Below, one piece after another: positions 24,872 to 35,892 of a stretch of DNA of 64,000 bases. Where the stretch lies: positions 106,270,001-106,334,000 of the forward strand of contig NC_045696.1 in NCBI RefSeq assembly GCF_009834535.1, given 5' to 3'. The notes beneath the pieces are model-generated. The model ran no database searches, was not told the origin of the DNA, and saw nothing but the letters and a program-made list of their open reading frames with translations. This DNA is from Camelus ferus. Lineage: Eukaryota. The position numbers were made by a program, and so were the translations under genes. Each line of letters begins with the position of its first letter. Position 1 is the first letter of the stretch.

Positions 24872-25706
24872 TATTATGTTATGAAGCCATATTTTGCCTT
24901 CAGTTTCTGTTGCTGATGATGTGAAGATGAAGAGAGCACAGACTCAGCCAGATAGAATATAGAACAGCAATCACTGAGGATCCTCAAGTTCAAGGACATT
25001 AAAGAAAATAGAAACTAAAAATGGATGGGGGAGAGGGAGAAGTCAGAGACACGGAAAATATGGTGTAGATTTACTAATACTATCTTGGAGCACAATGTAC
25101 TGAGAAGACTCAGGAAACAAGTGGGGCACAGAGAAGGGAACCACCCATGTTTCTTTCTCTGCCTGAGGCCACTGACACTGTTGCTCAGGGAACATGAGAG
25201 AAACACCCCTCAGCGAGGCTCAGCCTCTCCTGCTCTGACATATACCCACTGTTCTCCAGGCTGACACCTTCAGAGGTCAATCCAGTTAACGTGGGCACGG
25301 TGAGGAGCTGTTTTATGGAATAGCACCAAGAAGAATTCTCTAAAGGGAAAGAAGCAGAGGCCCCAGAGATAGGTGATTTGGGCAGATGAGAAAACTCATC
25401 CTGGCCAGCGAACCAAGTAAGAATAAAATAACAAGTCAAGGCAGGCTCCCATCCAGCACAGAGGAATGGGAGGGGACAGAACAGGTGGTGCAGGAGTTGG
25501 AGGGTCAGGTGGGCATATAGCAAAGCAGCTTCTAGAACGTCTATGAAGGTGACAAGTCTAAATGTCAACTCCTTGCTTCTCTGGGAAGGGGCGGCACTGA
25601 ATCACACTCCCAGGCAGATGCTGATGGGAGCGCAGAGGCAGGGCAATGTATTCTGTAATGCATGTGCAGGGGTAGCTAATCTGGAAACCTGGGTGATTTT
25701 ACTTAC

Positions 25707-25856
25707 AGGGCGAGTGGAGAGGAGATTTCTAAGAAGTCCCAACGTCTTCATCAGCACATTCAAATCTGAATCTGATAATAACCGGAATAGCTGCTCAGTA
25801 CTCAAGCTTCGTAAAATATCTGCTTTTATTTTTTGTTCAGCCTGAAATGCCATATT
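25707..25856 (-). CDS. ARMC8: ARMC8 exon ~17
   Basis: 150 nt; [50 protein letters not shown]; donor gtaagt. Confidence 0.97.
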
Positions 25857-28104
25857 CTGAAAGGATTAAAGAAGTTTCAAGAATCATGTCTCTACACTGC
25901 TTTATTAAATTATATTTTAATAGTAATTCTGATAATTATAAACAGAATCTGTAGAAAATCCTTAAAGGTAAGTCACATTATTTTCCTGCTTCTTATTAAT
26001 CACCTATAATTCTGTCAAGAGAAAGATAACTGTCACTCCTATATACACTCCTCTATGAGAAATATGATCACTTCTGATTATGGCATTTGCATGTCTTCAG
26101 ATTTCTCAAATAAATACAAAATCTACTATTACATTAAAAAAATTCAATTTATTTAACTAAAAAAAAATGGTTTAACCATTTCTCCCACCCGCACCCCCAC
26201 CTCTCTGGCAACCACCAATCTGTTCTCTGTATCCGTGAGCTTGGTTAATATCCTCCTGGTTATCTAACTGCTCTCTGTGTACTTTAAGTACACTGTGCCA
26301 TGCATGTGGACAAAGACTTAAAGGTATCCCCTTTTTATGCATGAAAATAAGTAGCGGGTTTTGTTAACTTTACTGGCATGAAACACCTACTGTGTTCACA
26401 GTTCTACGCTAGGTGCTGATATGGCTGGGTCACATCATACAGGAAGCTCTCCAGGGGGCAGGGGGTGTATCCAAGCTACTAGTAGCCCTAGATGGCCAGC
26501 AGGTATTTTGCTCATTTTTCTCATTTCTGGACACATTATGGGTTACCCTGGCTTAACCTGAACTATAATAACATGTCTGAAGGGGAAAAAAAAAGGCAAG
26601 TTCCAAATAACTCATAACTCAACTTTTAGTATAAAAATCTCTTACAAACTAGTGACTTGTTATAATATGTGTTTATTGCCCTCCGGGAACTTTTTAAAAT
26701 TAAGGCTTTAAGACATGCTGAGTGTCAAGAGACCCAGGCCACAGACAATTCCAAGGTTTTATACTTTATGGACCAAGAACATAATAGCTGGTAATACGGA
26801 GATTGATGAGAATAAGACAGTTAATACAAATCTGAAGAGTGGGATGATAAGTTCAATTTTCAATATTAAAACTGTACTTGTCAGGGGGCTCTCAAATGAA
26901 GTTCCATCAGCCGTTTAAGTGACAGATCTGGGGAATAGGGAACAGTTACATCTGGATATGTATATTTCAAAGCAACCTCTTCTACTGGGGCGGTTGAAAC
27001 CATGAGAGTAGATGAAGTTCCAGAAACTGAAGTGTAAAGGGAAGTGGAAACTGGGAACTGAAACTCAGGGGAATGTCCCGTAAGAAGGAAGTTGAAAAGG
27101 AGGCTATGTAGAAAGTGAGGTGAAAAAAAATTAAGTCGTGGGAAAGAGTTTCAAGAAAGAGAATTGCCAAAAGCTGGTGCAAAGTTAAGGAGAAAAATTA
27201 CTGAATCTACTGAATTCAGTGCTTTCTTGGAAGATCATTATTTCCATCCCAAAGTTTGTGTGAAAAGACAGCAGATATACCCCGTATGGGGAGAAGAGTA
27301 TGGGCGTGGGACAGGTCCAGAACCCATTTCCATGACTTACTAGCTGGGAGGCCTCAGATGATTCATTTACCCTGTAAGTCCCAGTTTCCCAATTGTAAGG
27401 TATATATATATCAATATAATACAAAATAAAAATTAGAGATAACAAATGTAAAACACCTAGCTTGGTGTCTGGCACATAGTAATTAAATTATAACTACTAT
27501 AATTATGTTTTAAAAATTTCATGTAGAATTACTTTATTTTTAATTTCAATAAATTTTATTTTTAAAACTTTTAAGGAAAAACGGTTCTCTGACTTCATAG
27601 TTACACGGTTTTAGCATTTAGATTATTATAAATTATTTACTAGGAAACAATTAAGCAATTATTAGGCATTTATTCCCCAACTCTGTTACCTTGGGCAAGT
27701 TATTTACCCACTCTGTGCTTAGTTACCTCACCTGTAATTATGTATACTCTCTAGCTTATTTCAAAAAGATGTTATAAAGGAGATGCAAAAGTACTTTGTC
27801 AAGTAGGTAGCGTTATAAAGATATCAGTATATGTTCATGATGAGGAAAACTTTTTTCCTAAAATTAGATATCAAATTTCAACACCTGCCCACTTTTCTTA
27901 ATAATAAATAGGAGAACTGAGGCACACAGTGGCCAAGTAACTTGCTTATATTTGAATCTGAAAGCTGAATGAAGTCTTCTAGGTCCTAGGTCTTTAGAAA
28001 ACTGGGCCAAATAGCAAGATTTTTTAAAAACAAAATTCCAGACATTTCAGTGAATACACTCTTTAGTTTTAACTCTGATAACTGCTTCTTTTTGTGAAAC
28101 ATAC

Positions 28105-28197
28105 CATTAAAGCCCAAATTCCATTCACTCGTAAAGCGGGGTTTTCACTTTGGGTTAATCCACAAAGTAGCTCTACAGCTCCTGATTCTAAAATTGG
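28105..28197 (-). CDS. ARMC8: ARMC8 exon ~16
   Basis: 93 nt; [31 protein letters not shown]; donor gtatgt. Confidence 0.96.
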
Positions 28198-28619
28198 CTG
28201 TGATTGGAAAGGAGAAAAAAATAACATTAAAGTCAGGTTTATAAACTAAGTGCATATACGCCTGGCACTGCCTATGATTTCTTTCCCACTCTTACCCAAT
28301 TCCAAGCAAAGTTCACAAAGCAGGGAGTGAGGCAGCCATAAAAATCACCTTGAGAAGAGCGAGGGCAAGGACACTGATTCTCTCACAAATCCAAAAACCA
28401 AAATAAGCCCTCTCGTTTCCTTTTCTTTGCAGTCCTGAAAGACTCAGGAGACACCCTAATTCTGTGCACGTTTTGTACATACCCTTGGGATCCCAATGCC
28501 TAGTTCCACACTCTCCTCGCCCTCCTCTGAGAGGGCCGCTCCCTGCTTCGAGCGTGCATGCATCTGGGGTGTTCTTTATGAGCTGTGACTCTGAAGAGAT
28601 ATGGCTGGTTTAGAATGGA

Positions 28620-28985
28620 ACTACCTTCATTCCAAATTGTTAATCTTACTCATCAACATGCTGCAGAGTTCATCTTTTAGAACTACTTTCAGGACTACCT
28701 ATCAATCATACAAGCAAAATAGCCTTGTACTTTTATACTTATATCACATTTTATACCTAAAGTAGCATACATTAGTTTGACAACTTTATTTATGATACTT
28801 GGCTGAAAATAGGTTTTGATGGTTTCTAAAAATTCAAACCTTAGAGAACTGATTCACCACCACCAATGAATGCTTAAAAGACCATCTTTCAAGTGGATTC
28901 TAGAAACGTCTTAAGCAATTCAGACTGACTTACTGAGAAAAAGGGCAGTGACTTTCAAGATGACATTTTGAAGAAGGGTACACAT
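28620..28985. mobile_element. Ancient mariner (MARNA-like) remnant
   Basis: GGTTTCTAAAAATTCAAACC...GGCAGTGACTTTCAAGATGACATTTTGAAG resembles the mariner transposase C-terminal region; recognised by eye only. Confidence 0.4.
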
Positions 28986-28999
28986 GTGGAGTTTTAAAA

Positions 29000-29400
29000 A
29001 AACTTTTTATTCTGAAATGAGTTCAAACTTACAAAGCAGCAAGACTAAATAAGGAACTTCCACATTTTTTCCCCCCAGATTCACCAATTTCTAATCTGTT
29101 GCAATATTTGTTTTATCATTATCTCTCTCATTCTACACACCCATATCCACATTATTTATCTTCTTCTGAACCATTTGAAAGTAGAATGCAAGCATCATGA
29201 CACTTTACCCTTAATGCTTCAAAGTGTATTTCCTAAGAACAAGGATATTCTCTTAGGTAACCACAGTTATCAAATTCAGAGAAATTGACACTAAAACAAT
29301 ACTTTAACTGGATCTACAGTCCATATTCCAATTCTGTCAACTGGCCCATTAAATGTTCTTATACCATTTCCTTTCCTTCCAGTTAAGGATCTAGTTTATT
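29000..29400 (-). mobile_element. Old L1M 3'UTR fragment
   Basis: AACTTTTTATTCTGAAAT...TTCAAAGTGTATTTCCTAAGAACAAGGATATTCTC. Confidence 0.7.
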
Positions 29401-30436
29401 TTTAATATTAAAAAATCAGTTGTATTAATGACTCTATACCTGAGCTCATCTATTTTACTTTCTAACCAGATTCTAAATATTCTGAAGGTGGATCTGAGGC
29501 AACCTAAGAGCTGTCCACGATGACTAACGGTGTGGCACTGACTGCAACCAGATCACCCTCAGGCTGAGACCCCCACCACCAGGGCACGGGAACAGATGGA
29601 AGTTCTGGCATCCTATCTTGCCTTCCTCTTCATTCAGAACAACTACTACTCTCCCCTTTTGTTCCAAGATTTCTGCTTGAATAACTGTCTCTGAACCTCG
29701 ACCTTATTACTAATGTCTTCCTAAATACGAGTCAAAAGCCCAAGGTGTTACAATGCAGAAAAGAAACTCACCAAAATGGGACCACTAGATGCATGTAACA
29801 AAAGATGGTATCTAAACCAAGTTCTTGATGGGACAGACCAGAGATATTTTAACATGATAAAACTAACTCTACAAGATTTTCTCCACTGCTTTACTAACTT
29901 TATTAAAGTTTACTTCCATTTTCCCTATTATAAAAATAACGCATGCTCAAACAACTTATAAAATGAATAAAAGGAAAAAGGTATTCCCAAATGCAATCCC
30001 TCCCTAAACAACTACCATTAACATTAAACATTAAAAAGATTATTTTCCAATGTCAGCAGTTATCTCCTGGAAATGACTTGTAATCCTGGTTTACAAAATA
30101 GAGTCAATTTATTCTTCAGTAAATATAATTTAAAAATAGTCTATTTCTTGTGTAATTATTTCGTACACTTACAGTTGCAGGCAGTTTAGACTGACTGTAA
30201 GCTATAATATCTTTTAAATAAACTGCACATGCCAGGCATAAAAGGGATAACATGAAATGATAACCATTACTTTAAAATATTTTAATTTGCCCCCTCTCCC
30301 CGACCAATCCAAACAATTCAGAAATGGTTTTTAAACAACCCAATCCTCAAATTTCAATGTTAACTACTTTGGAAATTATTTGATTAAGCTCCAGGTAGAC
30401 CAGGCAAAAGTCTAGAAAGAGAAAATCAACACTAAC

Positions 30437-30523
30437 CTCTTTGCTTGGAGAAAATTCAAGAAGAAGATTACATAGCATGGAAGACGCTACTACTAGGATT
30501 TCATCTGGTGCATTTTGTAAAAC
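30437..30523 (-). CDS. ARMC8: ARMC8 exon ~15
   Basis: 87 nt; [29 protein letters not shown]; donor gttagt. Confidence 0.96.
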
Positions 30524-33500
30524 CTATGGAATTTTAAAAAAGATACTATTAATGGTTTGGAACCATGAAGGCGAGATCATAAAAATAAAGGAGAATAGAA
30601 ACAATTTATCTTTCAACCTGATTCCTCACCTTGGAGAGTTAGGGAAGACTCACTTGATATCATGTAAAACTTTACCTAGTGCTGTAATTATGACTGACTA
30701 AGGCCCTCTCATCTATCTTGCTGAAGGAGAAGCTACAGACCCACTGCTGGGATGGGGTCTGCTGCACGGAGGAGATAGTCTATGTGAAAAGTGTGAAGGC
30801 CATGAGACTGCTCTGTGGCAAATTAGCTCAATTTATTTCACCACATTTGGCCACCTATGAAAGCACAGAATGGCCCTGGGACCTGAGACCTTCTGATGTC
30901 TCTGGAAGGACCTGTTTGACTAGGAACGTGGATAGATTAAAGCTATTGCGCAGGGAAGGCGGGGAACTGGTTCTCAGGACTGTAATCACACAGCCCTGGT
31001 TCCAATCCTCACTCCTCCACTTACTAGAGGTGTGAACTTAAGCACATTTCTTAAGCTCTCTGAGCTTTCAAATTGAGGAAAACAACGCTTTCTTGACAGG
31101 ATCATTTAAGATTAAGTGTGATCCAGTGAATAATAAGGGAAGCAGCACAGCATGGGCCCTAAGAATACAGAATGCTTGAGAACGAACGTCAGCTCAACCA
31201 CTACGTAAGTGTATGAATTCCTTGGCTGTAACATGGGGGTAATAATAGTGCCTGCTTCATAGGGTTGTGTGAAAATTAATATATGACAAGATTTTAGAAC
31301 AGTAACTGGCACACAGTAATGGCTATATAAATAAGGTTTTTTAAAATGGTAGCTTATCGCCATAGTTGTTATTGGGCACAGGATCAGACACACAGCAGTT
31401 ATGCAGCAAACTAACTGCCATGGCCTCTTACTGAACTCAGAAGACAACAGAGCATGATGACAAATGTTAGTTGCCATTAGCTATTACCAGAACCTCTTCT
31501 CTCTAGATTCTAAGAGGGAAGGCTTCATGAACACTACCACTTATATGCAATATCCACTTCAAATTAATTCTCTGCATTGGGAATCAGCAGGATCAGGCTT
31601 ATGATCCTAAAAGGAATCCTAGAAGCTCTAGTTATGCAAATTGGAAATGTATCGTCAAGAAAAAAAAATTTCAGAGATAAATATATGATCTGCTTTCTTT
31701 AGCTAAATCAAGTCTGATGTTCCCAAGAACAAGCAAGAATTACAAAGCTGAAGCAGTTCTCCTAAGATGCTGCATTTTAACTCTCCTGTGAATTGTTAGC
31801 TAGTTGATAAAGATCAAACCTCATATACTAGGCAGGGTGATCTCTGCGTTTGCCACAACCCACTTGAAGACCCTGCTCACCCTTCCCTTCCCTTGCCATG
31901 CCCTTCCTACATCTCTCAGGTGTGTATTCTACCCACGCCTTACGGCTGGCTGGCCCATTCCAGAAGCCTCCTTGGAGCTCTTCCAATCAGAAGTCATTCT
32001 GTCCTCCTCTGAGTGACCACTGCTATCATCTGGGACCTCTCTTAGGGCCCTTCTTACTGTCCACTATTCATATTTTTTGTGCAGCCCCACCAACCTCCTT
32101 TCCTACTAACAAATTTAAGCTTCTTGACAGAATAATCTGTAACAGTATCTACAGTCTAGTTTATCCTGGCCTGTATCAGCTAAACGGCATTGTACAAAGT
32201 GGGTGCTCAGTGAATGCTTATGAATTAAGAGAAATAATCATTTTCCAAAATTATACTACTTAGAATCATTGGTTGAAATAACTGAGTGTCTACCAAGGCT
32301 TTAAAAAGTTGCTTTATTTCTCGTCTATGTGCAGGGAAATTTGCAATCATTGAATTCAGAGCAGCATATTTTTGGGCAGAGGGGCATTCTGCGTTTTGTT
32401 AAGAAGAAAAAAAAGACTTTAAACATGTCTAACTTTTAGAAGAAACATTAATAAATAGTTATTACTTGTTTTAAAAAAGTTGCTTTGCTTGGTATGATTC
32501 ACTTTTTAAAATAACTGTTTTATAGAGATTAATGTGCTTTTATCAAGTTTTATTTTCAAATTAGATAACATTTAATAATAAATTAAAACAGAAGAGATTT
32601 TTGGAAATTCTTAACAGCATTTACTCAGTGCAGTGTAAGATACAACATGTGAAATTCAGAAGTTGACATCTAACACTGACCAAATAGAATTTCACCAAAA
32701 TAAAAGCAAAAAATTATCACAAATTTTAAAAAAGTTAAAATCAAGTGCCTACTCCCCTGTGGTTTGTTAACCAACATTTAAAAACATGGAAAAGCAGGAG
32801 GGGAGAAAAAAAAAATCAGTAGACATGCAACTAGTCTCTGAACTAATAGGAACCTGAAAATATCTGAAATAAATCACTGATTTACTTCTAGGCTTTTCAT
32901 ACTACAATTTAAATGGGCAACAAAGCAGTAGGTTGATGGTAATCATACCCCATGTACCCAAGTACACAAAATCCTTTCAGACTGCTCACCAAACCCTAGC
33001 CCAGGCAGAACGAGTCAGAAGCCACACGCCGCTCCATTTCTGATTCATATGATAGAGGAGTACTGAGCTGAGCAATCAGAGAACATGAAAATGGCTCCAA
33101 AGAAAATATTTGGAAGTTATTTTTGGGAAACAGGAGAGCACTTTAAGAAATCTTGAATGGACAGAATCAACAAATCAAGGCTAAGCTGCTATGAAAAAAG
33201 TGCAATCTAAGAGTAAGAAAGAGTGGCAATGGTAAAATCCCTACTGAGGCAAGCACTGGTCCAACTCCTCCACCTGGTGCCCACATCCCACCTCTACTGC
33301 AGTCCCGAGGAGTCCTTAGGCTTCCTACATACACAAGCGTAATTTTCTGTTCCTGCTGTTCCTCTCTCTGCATAATCCTCATGCCTTCCTGTTGCCCTCA
33401 AAGCCGCTTCATACTCTTCCTCCCCTGACTACTGCTCCCCTACTGATGCCTCTACCTGTAACCTGGAGCTTTCAGCTGACGGCAAGAGCTCTGTAGTGAA

Positions 33501-34218
33501 AATTTTTGGTAGATTTAGTGTGCCCGGTGGCTTTCACAATAGGTACTAAAAAGCAAAATGAAAAACCAAAATCTTAAACAAAAAGTTTCGTTGGCGAAAT
33601 ACAAGGTGTATAGTCACTTAAAAAAAGAAAAAAAAAAGATGGACCAAAGACCAAGTTGACCTGTGGTTCTGTAATGTATTAGGGATAACATTATTAGCAG
33701 CAACCTGATGTATACTCTAAGTCTCCATTCATATTTATGTAACCACCCCCCTCCTCCCCACCAAGGGAAGACCTTTAGGTCTTAACAAAGAAGTTCTTCT
33801 GGTAGAGAGACAGGAGGTAACAATTGTTTTTAAAAAAATATTCAGGGATTGCCAAAAGACTAAGAACACGGTTAAATGCATAAACAGCTGATTCCTTTCC
33901 TTTTTATAACTAAAAATTACAAAGATGACTCTGGATGTAAGTCTAAAGTGTAATACTAAATACACAGGGAGATCAGATGAGTAAAGTTTTATTTAATAAA
34001 GAAAGCCAGGCATATACTTCCCACGTCACACATAAGATGCTGACTTCACCAACATGTTCTGCAGATCTAAAGAGAGTCTTAGAACATCAGAAATGAGGAG
34101 ATATACATTCAAAATGCTTTACACAAAAATCAGACACATTCCTAGACCAGGGAGTGTTGTCAGCCACCTCACTCACCAAAGGTCTGTGGGACTGGGTGTG
34201 AATTTGCTTTCTTCTTAC

Positions 34219-34300
34219 CTTCATCAAAGGTTTCCACACGGCGTGATCCTGGAAACTGGTTCGAAGCTGCTGCACAGATCTAGATAAACTGTGCAAACAT
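34219..34300 (-). CDS. ARMC8: ARMC8 exon ~14
   Basis: 82 nt; (R)[27 protein letters not shown]; donor gtaaga. Confidence 0.96.
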
Positions 34301-34610
34301 CTACAAAGAATAATCAAAATTAGCTTCACAAGAAGCTGAAACTTTTACTCTTCAAACACACTGCTTGGTACTTCACAATGACTAACATACACTTCAAGTA
34401 TATCTACAGACATTGTTAATTCAACTACTTCAGGACTTCACGGCTTTTCAGGCTAGCTTCTCTGTTAAATAATGTTACACACTGTATGAATTCACCTGAG
34501 AATACTGTCAAGTAACATTTGGACTCTGTGCTTACTTGGTGAAGGTCTGGAAAGGAAACAGGTTAAACACACGGCAAAAGATTTTTATTCAGGCCATTTA
34601 AAGCTCATAC

Positions 34611-34693
34611 CTGACGGCAGCTAACCGCACCTTGACACTAGACTCAGACAAGCCAGTCACAATTCGGTCCATCATATTTTCAGTCTCAATGAT
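34611..34693 (-). CDS. ARMC8: ARMC8 exon ~13 (first alpha-specific exon)
   Basis: 83 nt; [27 protein letters not shown](R); acceptor tttttctccag, donor gtatga. Confidence 0.96.
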
Positions 34694-35429
34694 CTGGAGA
34701 AAAAGGTTAATGCTGCATAAATAACAACACGAAGATGATAAACTTCACTGCTTGTAAATGCAAGTATGTTAGTGTCCATTTTAAGTTTAATGTTGTTTTT
34801 ATCAGGTTTTTACCTCTGGAACAATCATTTTGCAGTGGGGGCAGGCAGCTCGTCAGAAATGTAGGGCTACCCCACCAAGGACCTGCCAGACTGAATGACA
34901 GGCATAAGGGGCAGATTATATTTCTTCATTTATTTTTAAAAACACTTAAAACAATAATTACATGGCATAAATATTGCAGAGGTGTTGCATACACAGTACT
35001 GAGAAAAAGCAAAAGATGTAACTAAACTGCCATCAGGCGGGTTTCCTGACAGAGGGAGTTTCTAGAAAAATCACGGTCCACACTCAGCCCTTATGAAATG
35101 AAATCTGTGGGTCTCTGACAGAGCTACTCTGTGGCTACTTTCTCACCAAGCAAACTGGAACTAAGCTAAATATTCAGAAAAGTATTCCTTGCCTACTTTC
35201 ACTGTAGCACCAAGTCCTGCTACATGTAATCATTACAATCATGAAGCATTATTATTTTTTAAGATTTAAAAACAAGATAGCCTAGGATTTTCCTTCATTA
35301 AGCAATGTATACATACAAAGTAGTATGTAGAAGAAATTAAGTTTTAACTTGCATGGTCCTTTGGAAAAACAGCATATTAGAAAAAATGCTAATGCAATTA
35401 CAACACAAATATTAACAAAAACAACTAAT

Positions 35430-35620
35430 ATTTATTGAGTATTTTCTATGTGCCAGGCACTGTGCTAATAAGCATGTGACCTTATATGACCTAACGCTTT
35501 TGTAGGCACTATTATTCCCCATCAGCATATTAGGAAATTAAGGCTTCCAGAAAATCCAGAGGTTGCTTAGGATCACAGAGCTGAGACTGGAACCCAGGCA
35601 TCTGACTCCAGAGGCCTCCT
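35430..35620 (-). mobile_element. MIR SINE remnant
   Basis: ATTTATTGAGTATTTTCTATGTGCCAGGCACTGTGCTA...GGAACCCAGGCATCTGACTCCAGAG. Confidence 0.7.
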
Positions 35621-35756
35621 GCTCAGTCATGCTGGTAACACAGCCCTGGTGAGAGAAACTGTCCCCTGCTCGTCAGGCAGCTCCCAGTGTGGGCCACACA
35701 GTAATGGGAGTTACTCCTTTCACCTGAGAGAACACCTGGTCAGGAGAAGTTGTGGG

Positions 35757-35892
35757 AAGATCACCTGGGGAGTTTAAATAAAAAAAAAGTCCCATGCCAA
35801 TTAAATCAGATTCTCTGTGGGTGGGGCCCAGACACCTGTAATTTTTTTTTTTTAAACCTTAGAGTCCAGTGTGCAGCAAGGTTGTTCACTAA
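35757..35892 (+). mobile_element. MER5A-like hAT MITE remnant
   Basis: GATCACCTGGGGAG...AAATCAGATTCTCTGTGGGTGGGGCCCAG...GTGCAGCAAGGTTG. Confidence 0.65.
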
